Source: a virus. Taken from it: 42,308 bases of DNA. A program made the translations under genes and the position numbers. The stretch lies in IMG/VR virus record IMGVR_UViG_3300031673_000147, positions 1 through 42,308 of that record, one strand, 5' to 3'. The first letter of the stretch is position 1. Each line of letters opens with the position of its first letter. Below are positions 30,232 to 38,469 of the stretch, in pieces. The notes beneath the pieces are model-generated. The model did not search any database. It was not told the DNA's origin and worked only from the letters and a program-made list of their open reading frames with translations.

Positions 30232-30422
30232 TACTGATTCCTTTTGGCACTAAGTACCATGTGGCCGTATTCGTTGGCGGGTTCCATTTTAAAACCCTCA
30301 ACTTTTTTGAGTTGACCAAGTACCCTTTTATTGAGCATGTTTTGGTGGATGAAGTATTTATTACCTTTTTCAAGTTCGCCTTTGATTTGGTTAATAGTTT
30401 GCTTGTTAATCATCTTCAACAC
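30231..30422 (-). CDS. Small hypothetical protein (first gene of the minus-strand operon)
   Basis: 63-aa ORF; ATG after AAGGAG. Confidence 0.65.
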   Translation of the reverse strand: MLKMINKQTINQIKGELEKGNKYFIHQNMLNKRVLGQLKKVEGFKMEPANEYGHMVLSAKRNQ

Positions 30423-30446
30423 TCCTTTGAATTTTGTCTTGCCTAA

Positions 30447-30475
30447 ATCATAGCACAGTCAAAAGTATAACGCAA
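30447..30475 (-). promoter_or_regulatory. SigmaA-type promoter of the PP-loop operon
   Basis: Minus strand reads TTGCGT-17 nt-TGcTATGAT (extended -10). Confidence 0.65.
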
Positions 30476-30647
30476 TACCATTTTGAAATGTTTTTAAATT
30501 CTTTTCGCAAGTAGCGCCGAGGAGGCGTTTTTGTTTTTATTCTTCAGCCACCAGGCGGCCACCTGGTCAAAGATAGCGTCGGTAAATGGGTGACACGCTC
30601 CACTCGTCCAACGGCGCTTTCGAGTGCTGATTTAGGGGCGTGGAAAA

Positions 30648-31022
30648 GTGAAGCGAGAAAACGTACTACCTATCAATGCCTTCTACATAACCTGGCTGAG
30701 GGACAAGGGAAAGAAAGACAGGCCAATCGCAAGGTGGGCTAATAAGAGATCCGGCGAGATTGCAGAGAAAACGGAAATGGATCAGATAGACTTTATTATG
30801 TACATGATGCTTTTGTCCCGGGCCGATGTAAAGACTCTGATTTGTTTTCCTTCAATTGAAACAATCTGCAAGGACTGCTTTGGAATCGAAAGGCGCACAG
30901 CCTGGCGACATTTGAGCGAACTTGAGCAGATGGGATTTATAAAAATCACGAAAGAGAGGGGTAAGCCGAATAGGTATTTCATGCTTGATTTCGCGGAATG
31001 GAAGAAGAATCCTCACTACTGA
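30648..31022 (+). CDS. Winged-helix (HTH_36-like) DNA-binding protein, paralogue of the 15000-15485 N-domain
   Basis: CFPSIETICKDCFGIERRTAWRHLSELEQMGFIKITKERGKPNRY parallels FPSYSTIGKKCSISRSTAIRTVNSLLEKGYLVKH...NIY. GTG start with a weak RBS. Confidence 0.7.
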   Translation: MKRENVLPINAFYITWLRDKGKKDRPIARWANKRSGEIAEKTEMDQIDFIMYMMLLSRADVKTLICFPSIETICKDCFGIERRTAWRHLSELEQMGFIKITKERGKPNRYFMLDFAEWKKNPHY

Positions 31023-31104
31023 CCAGGTACATCCAACGTACCTACTTCACAGCTAACCAGGTACACCTGATGTACCTACTACCAGGTACGTTGGATGTAC
31101 CTCT
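31022..31104. repeat. Three 24-25 nt units ACCAGGTAC-N7-GTACCT(A)CT
   Basis: Units at 31022-46, 31056-80 and 31081-104. Each has palindromic arms AGGTAC/GTACCT. The N7 of unit 3 (GTTGGAT) is the reverse complement of the N7 of unit 1 (ATCCAAC). Confidence 0.9.
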
Positions 31105-31180
31105 AACAGATACCACTTAACAGAGACCAGTACCTTAACAGGTATATAACAGAGACCAGTTAACATTAACATGTATACCG
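31104..31180. repeat. Array of TTAACAG / TTAACAT repeats
   Basis: TAACAG occurs four times and TAACAT twice. TAACAGAGACCAGT is exact at 31118-31 and 31147-60. Confidence 0.85.
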
Positions 31181-31254
31181 CTTAAAACTTTGAATCACGC
31201 GAGTTAACCGGCGTAGCACATGGCTTGGGGTAAAAAGGAAGCGGGGGTGAAAGA

Positions 31255-31401
31255 GTGACTTGGTGGATATTAGTAAAAACCGTCCCAGAGGACAAAGTGA
31301 TATTAGAAAAAATACATCAAGACGAGAGAGGAATTTGGGGAACTATGCAAAGATTTATGGAAATTGGCGAAAATGTAACATTTGAGATTGGGCTGGATTA
31401 A
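31255..31401 (+). CDS. Small hypothetical protein (48 aa)
   Basis: GTG follows GGGGGTGAAAGA. Not in the track. Confidence 0.45.
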   Translation: MTWWILVKTVPEDKVILEKIHQDERGIWGTMQRFMEIGENVTFEIGLD

Positions 31402-31434
31402 ACATACTAGCGCAATAGTGAAATATTTTTGGAG

Positions 31435-31590
31435 GTGAAGGGGCTGACAAATAGAGAAGCGCATGAAGAAGCAGCAGGGATGGCGTTGGAACCGTTATTT
31501 TTTGCGTTGAACAAGATTGCTCCCGATGCGGAATATTGTGAGGAATGGGCAGAAACTGGACTCCGAGTTAAAAGCGAAATAATGAGGTAA
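31435..31590 (+). CDS. Small hypothetical protein
   Basis: Open frame ...EAHEEAAGMALEPLFFALNKIAPDAEYCEEWAETGLRVKSEIMR. Start uncertain: GTG at 31435 or ATG at 31480. Confidence 0.35.
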   Translation: MKGLTNREAHEEAAGMALEPLFFALNKIAPDAEYCEEWAETGLRVKSEIMR

Positions 31591-31600
31591 GGTAGGAGTT

Positions 31601-31789
31601 ATGGCAACTATATTTTACCTTGCAGAGCATAAGTGGAGTGAGACATTTGCCATATGCGAGCTGTGCGACAAAAACGGAAAAGACTGCGCTGATAATGCTG
31701 ACATTTGCCTACCGCTAGAGATATTGAGGCAGTTAGTTACGGATTTTAACGTGGATAAATTGGATAATGCTAGGAGTTATTTTGAATGA
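31601..31789 (+). CDS. Small Cys-containing hypothetical protein
   Basis: 62-aa ORF; ATG after GGTAGGAG. Confidence 0.65.
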   Translation: MATIFYLAEHKWSETFAICELCDKNGKDCADNADICLPLEILRQLVTDFNVDKLDNARSYFE

Positions 31790-32268
31790 GAATAAGTGAG
31801 GTGAAGGAAATGCCGGCAGGACGGGAGTTGACGCCAAAACAGCAAGCATTTGTCGAAAACTATCTCATAGACTTGAACGCTACTGAGGCCGCTAAACGTG
31901 CTGGCTACAGCGAGAAGACAGCTATGGAGCAAGGATATCAGTTGCTTCATAAACCTTCAGTGAGAGAGGCTATTGAGGAGGCTAAGAGAGGGCGCCAGGA
32001 AAAACTTAACTTAGACGCTCAATGGGTTCTTAAACGGCTCAAAGACATCTCTGATCGCTGTATGCAGGCTGACCCGGTATTAGATAGAGAAGGAAATCCT
32101 ATAGGCCAATGGAAATTTGATTCTTCCGGAGCCAATAAATCAACCGAGTTAATTGGCAAGCACCTGGCAATGTTTACCGAGAACCTCAATGTTACTGGGG
32201 AAATGATGGTAAAAATAGTTGATGACATTGAAAATAGTGGGCATGTTCCACTAATCAGCATTATGTGA
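31786..32268 (+). CDS. terS: Terminase small subunit (Terminase_2 family)
   Basis: LTPKQQAFVENYLIDLNATEAAKRAGYSEKTAMEQGYQLLHKPSVREAI is the family signature. The ATG at 31810 (after GAGGTGAAGG) is the more likely start. Confidence 0.9.
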   Translation: MRISEVKEMPAGRELTPKQQAFVENYLIDLNATEAAKRAGYSEKTAMEQGYQLLHKPSVREAIEEAKRGRQEKLNLDAQWVLKRLKDISDRCMQADPVLDREGNPIGQWKFDSSGANKSTELIGKHLAMFTENLNVTGEMMVKIVDDIENSGHVPLISIM

Positions 32269-32370
32269 ACTAGGAAGTAGCCTCAAAGCCGCATTAATCC
32301 TTACTTTTAGGATACTACGCGGTTTTTATGCTTGATTCTGCTAGAAAATAATAGTGAGAGTGTATATTTT

Positions 32371-33711
32371 ATGGCTGAAATTCGCATCTCAAACCTGATC
32401 GCTCCGTCATTTCACCCGGTTCATGCCGACATTAAGCGAGGTGGGCATACTCATTATTGGGCCAAAGGTGGCCGGGGTAGTACCAAGTCTTCTTTTGCAG
32501 CCCTGGAAATAGTCTTGGGCATCATGAAGGACCCTAACGCCAACGCCTGCGCCCTACGGAAGGTCAAGGATACGCTCAAGGATAGTGTATATATACAACT
32601 CTGCTGGGCAATAGATGCGCTAGGGGTGGAACGGTATTGGCATCAGAATACCAGTCCGTTAAGCCTGACATATATCCCTACGGGGCAGAAGATACTATTC
32701 CGGGGGGCTGATAATCCTAAGAAAATCAAGTCCTTTACATTTCGGCGTGGTTACTGCAAGTTCTTTTGGTATGAGGAGGTTGACGAGTTTAACGGCACCG
32801 AAGAAATAAGGATGATCAATCAGACATTGCTTCGTGGTGGTTCTAAGTTCGTCGTATTCTACACCTACAACCCGCCTAAGAGTGCGGCGAATTGGGTTAA
32901 TACGGAGGTGCAACTGACCCGGCCTGACCGCATGGTACACCACAGCAGCTATTTGACCGTCCCCCCGGCCTGGCTTGGTGAGCAGTTTATTGCAGAGGCC
33001 GAACATTTGAAGGTCACAAAGCCGTTATCATACGAGCATGAGTATATGGGTGAAGTTACCGGCACCGGTGGCGAGGTATTCGGTAACGTGCAGATCCGGC
33101 CAATTAGCGACGAGGAAATAAAAGAGTTTGAGACTATACGCCGAGGAATGGACTTTGGGTACGCCATTGACCCGTTTGCTTATCTCGTTTGCAGCTATAA
33201 CCGTAAGCTAAAGCGGCTGTTTATCTACCATGAGTATTACAAGGTTGGATTATCTAACCACGCAGCATATACTCATATCGAGCAGGAGAATACTTCTAAC
33301 GAGCCAATCCTGGCAGACTCAGCGGAGCCCAAGAGCATCAACGAGCTATGCCAGTATGGACTCAGGGTGGCACCGGTCAAGAAGGGGCCTGACAGTATTG
33401 AGTATGGCATCAAGTTCTTGCAAAGTCTGGAAGCTATCATTATCGACGACAAGCGATGCCCGGAGACAACCCGGGAGTTCTGCAACTACGAGTTAGACAA
33501 GGACGTTAACGGCAACTGGAAGGCAGGATACCCAGACAAGAATAACCATACGATTGATGCGGCGCGATATGCCATGAATTATGAGTGCTTGCAGTTTCGC
33601 GATGAAGAGAAAGCGAAGCCGCAGCGTTGTAATTGGAAGCACGAAACGCCGAAACCTGACCCCTACACCGGGGCGAAGCCAGACAATAGCTATATTAATT
33701 TTGGAGGTTGA
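32371..33711 (+). CDS. terL: Terminase large subunit (PBSX-type)
   Basis: Walker A region YWAKGGRGSTKSS; ...FWYEEVDEF (Walker B-like); C-terminal nuclease region with HTIDAARY. The ORF is open from 32332. Confidence 0.92.
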   Translation: MAEIRISNLIAPSFHPVHADIKRGGHTHYWAKGGRGSTKSSFAALEIVLGIMKDPNANACALRKVKDTLKDSVYIQLCWAIDALGVERYWHQNTSPLSLTYIPTGQKILFRGADNPKKIKSFTFRRGYCKFFWYEEVDEFNGTEEIRMINQTLLRGGSKFVVFYTYNPPKSAANWVNTEVQLTRPDRMVHHSSYLTVPPAWLGEQFIAEAEHLKVTKPLSYEHEYMGEVTGTGGEVFGNVQIRPISDEEIKEFETIRRGMDFGYAIDPFAYLVCSYNRKLKRLFIYHEYYKVGLSNHAAYTHIEQENTSNEPILADSAEPKSINELCQYGLRVAPVKKGPDSIEYGIKFLQSLEAIIIDDKRCPETTREFCNYELDKDVNGNWKAGYPDKNNHTIDAARYAMNYECLQFRDEEKAKPQRCNWKHETPKPDPYTGAKPDNSYINFGG

Positions 33712-33713
33712 CA

Positions 33714-33968
33714 ATGGAATACACCATCATGGGCATCGCCTTTGGGCTGTGCCTTTTCCTATGCCCCTTAATGGCCTATAGGCGCGGCCTACAGGATGGG
33801 CTAGCCGTTGGTCAAGGTAAGACGCCGGAACCACTTAAGGGGCCGCTACAGGTTGCCAAAGAGTACAAGGAGCAGAGACAAGTTAAGCAGGACCAGGACA
33901 AGTTCCGCGACGGCCTGGCTAATCTTCTAGCCTACGATGGCAGTCCTCAAGAGGTGGTGAAAGAATGA
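33714..33968 (+). CDS. Small TM protein between terL and portal
   Basis: ATG 7 nt after GGAGG. N-terminal helix IMGIAFGLCLFLCPLMAY. Confidence 0.65.
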   Translation: MEYTIMGIAFGLCLFLCPLMAYRRGLQDGLAVGQGKTPEPLKGPLQVAKEYKEQRQVKQDQDKFRDGLANLLAYDGSPQEVVKE

Positions 33969-35827
33969 GCGATACGACACGCGAATGGGATCTTTACGAA
34001 AAAGGGAAGGATTACAACCGCAAGATTGACCCCAGTTTATACACCACCGTTGACCGCAACGAGCGCATGTATGCAGGCGATCAGTGGAAAGGGGTAGTCT
34101 CCAACGGCCTCCCAACCCCTGTATTCAACATCTTTAAGCGCATTATTAACTACTTTATCGCAGCGATAATGTCTAGCGCGGTCAAGATGCAGTTCACGCC
34201 GGAAAATATCGGAGACGATACGCAGGACCCGCAGGAATTAGAGGTCAAACAGGCTGCTGAAATCATCTCAAAATATACTGAAACCCTTTGGGAAAATCTG
34301 AAGATGGATAATAACCTTCGTCAGGTGCTATTGGATGCTGCGCTGTCTGGGGACGCTGCCGCTTATAACTGGTGGAATCCTGAGATTGACACCGGGCAGG
34401 AGGCCCAGGGTGATATTGAGATTGAACTGCCGGATAATGTAAATGTCTTCTTCGGCAACCCAAACGATTACCGGGTACAGAAGCAGCCTTATAATATCAT
34501 CTCTTTTCGTGAGTTAGTTTCTAACCTCCGGGATGAGGCTCGCAAAAATGGTGTCGAGGAATACAAGGTCAATATGATCAGTGGCGACACCGACACCCAG
34601 GAGCAGTCTGGAGATATGGCCAAGATTGAGCTTGACACCTCCGGCGAGAATACCGGTAAGACTACGGCAATCATTAAGTTTTGGCGCGACACCAAGACTA
34701 AGACAATCTGGTGGAACAAATCCACCCGGGCGGTAACAATCCGAGAGAACGTCGATACCGGACAGAAACTTTACCCCATCGCCTGGATGAACTGGGATAA
34801 GCGCAAGAACAGTTATCACGGCCAGGCGGTAGGTACCGGACTGGTACCGAATCAGATTTTCATTAACAAGATGTTTGCTATGGTCATGCTGAATCTGATG
34901 TACAACGCCTTCCCTAAGGCTGTATATGATTCCAGTCTTATCAAGGAATGGAATAATCAGATCGGGCAGGCTATTCCTGTTACTGGCTCGCAGGATGTTA
35001 CGAAAGTTGCGACATTCTTACAGCCTGGGAATATGTCAAATCAGGTAATGCAGGTCATTGACGCGAGTATCAACTATACCAAGGATATGTTAGGCGCGTC
35101 TGACGCTGCCCTGGGTGACGTAAAGCCCGATAACCACGCGGCTATTATCGCAGTCCAGCAGGCGGCGGCTGTCCCCCTGGAGACAATCAAGGCCAACCTG
35201 TACCAGTTCGTTGAGGATATCGGGTATATTTGGCTTGATATGATGGCTACGAAGTACGGAAAGCGTAATATCTCGATTAGTGTTAACGGGCAGCGCCAGG
35301 TAGTGCCATTTGATTTTAACCGACTCAAGGATATGCGCTTAAAGCTCAAGGTTGATGTCGGCCCGTCCTCCTATTGGAGCGAAATCACGGCTATGCAGAC
35401 CCTTGACAACCTGCTGCAAGCTGAGAAAATAAACTTTTTGCAGTATCTGGAGAGGATTCCAAACGGTGTTATACCGCAAAAACAAGAGTTGATTGATGAA
35501 ATTAAGCAGATCGAACAGCAGAAAGCCAATACCCCTCCGGCACCAACTGACTTGCCAAATGTGTCAATTAGTATGCGAGACTTGCCTGTTAGTGGGCAGA
35601 TTCAGGCGGCTGCAATGGCGGGGATCCAACTTAAGCCGGAGGATTTTCAGGCTATGCTTACAGCGCCGGAGCAACAAATGCCAGGTCAGGCGCCGGGGCA
35701 GGTAGATCCGCAGCAACTATTAAGCCAACTGTCACCGGAGCAGCAGCAGGCGTTTATGCAACTGCCTCCCGAACAGCAAGCCGAAATAATGCAGCAAATG
35801 CAACAGATGATGGGAGGTAACGCATGA
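33965..35827 (+). CDS. Portal protein (Q-rich C-terminal tail)
   Basis: 620 aa immediately after terL. ATGA coupling. Size and position are typical for a portal. The C-terminus is PEQQQAFMQLPPEQQAEIMQQMQQMMG. Confidence 0.85.
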   Translation: MSDTTREWDLYEKGKDYNRKIDPSLYTTVDRNERMYAGDQWKGVVSNGLPTPVFNIFKRIINYFIAAIMSSAVKMQFTPENIGDDTQDPQELEVKQAAEIISKYTETLWENLKMDNNLRQVLLDAALSGDAAAYNWWNPEIDTGQEAQGDIEIELPDNVNVFFGNPNDYRVQKQPYNIISFRELVSNLRDEARKNGVEEYKVNMISGDTDTQEQSGDMAKIELDTSGENTGKTTAIIKFWRDTKTKTIWWNKSTRAVTIRENVDTGQKLYPIAWMNWDKRKNSYHGQAVGTGLVPNQIFINKMFAMVMLNLMYNAFPKAVYDSSLIKEWNNQIGQAIPVTGSQDVTKVATFLQPGNMSNQVMQVIDASINYTKDMLGASDAALGDVKPDNHAAIIAVQQAAAVPLETIKANLYQFVEDIGYIWLDMMATKYGKRNISISVNGQRQVVPFDFNRLKDMRLKLKVDVGPSSYWSEITAMQTLDNLLQAEKINFLQYLERIPNGVIPQKQELIDEIKQIEQQKANTPPAPTDLPNVSISMRDLPVSGQIQAAAMAGIQLKPEDFQAMLTAPEQQMPGQAPGQVDPQQLLSQLSPEQQQAFMQLPPEQQAEIMQQMQQMMGGNA

Positions 35828-36441
35828 GAGGTTTAATCTGCGTACCTCATACCGGCTTTTTCCCTTACCAATTCGTTGTAGCCTGGACGCAGTTATTATT
35901 CCATACCCGGCAGTTTTGCGATCAACTGGACTTTCGCTTTGTTGGCAGTAGTTTAATCTACGAGGCCCGGGAGCAGGCTGCCGAGCACTGCCTGAAAGAA
36001 GGATATGAATGGCTATTCTTCCTTGATAGCGACATGGAACCGGCGCCGGACACAATAGAGCGCCTTTTGAGATGGGATAATCCGGTAGTTTCGGCGATGG
36101 CTTTTAAGCGGATGCAGCCGTATACGCCCTGCTTTTATCCCCGGGTTGAGTTTGACGGCAAAGAGGCTAAAGTGCAGACAGCCGACGATTGGGCGGAGGG
36201 ACTTGCCGAGGTTGAGGGCGTGGGAATGGCCTGCTGCCTGATTAAGCGAGAGGTGATTGAACAGACACCGAAACCATTATTCTTCCCCATGCCGGTGCTT
36301 GCCGAGGATTTGGGTTTTTGTAAACGGGTGCGGGATGCTGGGTTTAAGGTTTACGTGGACACATCCCTTTGCTGCGGTCATGTAGGGACGCAGACAATTA
36401 CTGACCAACATTACCGAAAATATAAGGAGGCTATATGCTGA
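35824..36441 (+). CDS. Glycosyltransferase (GT2-like, DxD = LDSDM)
   Basis: ATGA overlap with the portal stop. ...EGYEWLFFLDSDMEPAPDTIERLL...GVGMACCLIKREV fits a GT-A fold pattern. Confidence 0.75.
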   Translation: MRGLICVPHTGFFPYQFVVAWTQLLFHTRQFCDQLDFRFVGSSLIYEAREQAAEHCLKEGYEWLFFLDSDMEPAPDTIERLLRWDNPVVSAMAFKRMQPYTPCFYPRVEFDGKEAKVQTADDWAEGLAEVEGVGMACCLIKREVIEQTPKPLFFPMPVLAEDLGFCKRVRDAGFKVYVDTSLCCGHVGTQTITDQHYRKYKEAIC

Positions 36442-37679
36442 TCGGAATACTTCTAGTCCGGAATGAGGCTGACCGGTGGCTTCGGCAGGTCTTGGAGCAG
36501 ATGCGCCAGGTATGCGATAAAATCATCGTCCTGGACGATTGCAGCACTGACAACACGCCGAATATTTGCCTCGAATACGGGGCTATCGTTTGTTACTCTC
36601 AGGAATCGGCATGGGCCACAAATGAGGTATCCCAACGTAAATTCCTGTGGTGCATGGCTTTATCGATAGCCAAGAACGGAGATTGGATTCTCTGCCTTGA
36701 TGCTGATGAGACCATTCCCAATATCGACCTGCTACCTACCTGCATCAAATCAGCCGAAGAATGCGGCGCTGACGGGCTTGCGTTTAACCTTTACGATATG
36801 TGGAGCCCAACTCATTACCGGGACGATCCGCTATGGACGGCCCATACCAGGGATTGGGTAATGTGTGTCCGGTACGATGCCGGCAAGGAATATACCTGGC
36901 GGGAAACCGCCCTGCACTGCGGCAGGTTCCCGGTGAACGCCGGTGGCATGGCAGGTAGCACGGGGCTGAAAATTCAGCATTGGGGGTGGAGTACGCCGGG
37001 GGACAGACAAAACAAGTATGAGAGATATATAATGGCTGACCCGGATGGTAAATACGGAATAATGGAACAGTATCTTAGTATTTTAGATGACAAGCCGAAC
37101 CTTAAACCTTTTTTCAGTGACACAAACAGTAAAGAGTGGTGGGAGAACGAGTTTAAGGCAAATTGGCGAACTGGCATAGATGGGGTAGAACAAACGAGAT
37201 TCTTTATGAAACGCATTATGGAGGTGGTGAAATTCTCTGAAAATGCAACTGTTCTTGATTGGGGTTGCGCAATGGGGCAGGGTGTAGAAGTACTAAATAA
37301 GGCAGGATATAGCGCAGAGGGGTATGATTTTTCGGAAACCGCTATAAAAACAGCAAAGGGAATGTACCCAGAGTACAATTTTACCCATGAATGGCCCCAG
37401 AAAACCTATGACGTTGTAATAACGTCAAATTGTCTCGAACATTTCACTGATCCCATAGGCCAAACGAAGGAGATACTGAAGTTATCCCATAAATATCTTG
37501 TTATTATGACCCCGTACAACCAAACACCGTCAGACGTTCACCCTGTAACGATAAACGAAAACACTTTCCCTCAGGAACTAAGCGGGTTTAGGTTGAAGCA
37601 TAGTTGCATTGTGCCGCCAAAAAATATCTTCTATGATGGCGGAGAACAAATATTATTTATATATGAGAGGTATATATGA
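36435..37679 (+). CDS. Bifunctional GT2-like glycosyltransferase / class I SAM-dependent methyltransferase
   Basis: N-terminus: IGILLVRNEADRWL...IIVLDDCSTDNT...LCLDADET. C-terminus: VLDWGCAMGQGVEVL...YDFSETAI...DVVITSNCLEHFTDP (MTase motifs I-III). Overlaps the previous stop. Confidence 0.8.
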   Translation: MLIGILLVRNEADRWLRQVLEQMRQVCDKIIVLDDCSTDNTPNICLEYGAIVCYSQESAWATNEVSQRKFLWCMALSIAKNGDWILCLDADETIPNIDLLPTCIKSAEECGADGLAFNLYDMWSPTHYRDDPLWTAHTRDWVMCVRYDAGKEYTWRETALHCGRFPVNAGGMAGSTGLKIQHWGWSTPGDRQNKYERYIMADPDGKYGIMEQYLSILDDKPNLKPFFSDTNSKEWWENEFKANWRTGIDGVEQTRFFMKRIMEVVKFSENATVLDWGCAMGQGVEVLNKAGYSAEGYDFSETAIKTAKGMYPEYNFTHEWPQKTYDVVITSNCLEHFTDPIGQTKEILKLSHKYLVIMTPYNQTPSDVHPVTINENTFPQELSGFRLKHSCIVPPKNIFYDGGEQILFIYERYI

Positions 37680-38404
37680 GGATTCTCATAGCCGCCCCGG
37701 TCCGTCAGAAGGAAGAAATCTTCAAGGCATATCTGGAAAGCCTGAATAATCTCGAGGTTCCCGAAGGGGCGGAGATTGACAGGTTTTTTATTTTCCACAA
37801 CAGCCCCGAACTGCTGCCGCTAATAAAGGACAAATCTTTTTATGCGGAATACCGGACCGATGAATCGTACAAAACCGATGAAACTTCGCATCACTGGACA
37901 GGCGCCAACGTGTCCCATGTTGCCGGGATGAAGAATAGTATCCTTGACTTTGCCAAGAAGCACAACTATGACTATGTTTTCTTTGTGGATAGCGACCTTA
38001 TCCTGCACCCAAGGACTCTGAACACTCTCCTTGACGCCAAGAAGGATATTGTCGCCGAGATAATTTGGACCCGCTGGACGCCGGATGACATCGAGGCCCC
38101 CAACGCCTGGGACTTCAACATGTTTGAATTTAGACACGAGAAACGTCTGGAGGAATGGAGAGTGCCTGGTTTGTACCCAATCGGCATGACCGGGGCCTGC
38201 ATCCTGATCAGTAAGCCGGTTATTAAGGCCGGTATCAATTACGACCGGGTATACAATATCAGTTATTGGGGTGAGGACCGTCATTTCTGTATCCGGGCAG
38301 CAGCGCACGACTTCGGTATTTGGCTTGACACTCACTACCCTTGTATTCACCTTTACAGGGATAGTGAGTTTGAGAAATACAGGCAAGGCGAACTTCGTTT
38401 TTAA
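37676..38404 (+). CDS. Glycosyltransferase (GT-A-like, DxD = VDSDL)
   Basis: ATGA overlap with the previous gene. ...HNYDYVFFVDSDLILHPRTLNTLL... Confidence 0.7.
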   Translation: MRILIAAPVRQKEEIFKAYLESLNNLEVPEGAEIDRFFIFHNSPELLPLIKDKSFYAEYRTDESYKTDETSHHWTGANVSHVAGMKNSILDFAKKHNYDYVFFVDSDLILHPRTLNTLLDAKKDIVAEIIWTRWTPDDIEAPNAWDFNMFEFRHEKRLEEWRVPGLYPIGMTGACILISKPVIKAGINYDRVYNISYWGEDRHFCIRAAAHDFGIWLDTHYPCIHLYRDSEFEKYRQGELRF

Positions 38405-38406
38405 CC

Positions 38407-38437
38407 AACCCCATGCAAAGTTGAGGGGTTATTTTTA
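38407..38437 (+). terminator. Terminator-like hairpin closing the glycosylation cassette
   Basis: AACCCC-12 nt-GGGGTT followed by ATTTTTAT. Confidence 0.55.
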
Positions 38438-38469
38438 TGGCCTACCATAGCCAGAAAGGATGATTTTTT

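Noticed and set aside
37820-38386. Large antisense ORFs inside well-supported genes: 37820-38386 (-) 188 aa, 22170-22613 (-) 147 aa, 19315-19818 (-) 167 aa, 8207-8635 (-) 142 aa, 40126-40653 (-) 175 aa, 36974-37378 (-) 134 aa.
   Set aside because: These are shadow ORFs opposite genes with clear motifs or RBSs. None has its own RBS or a recognisable domain.
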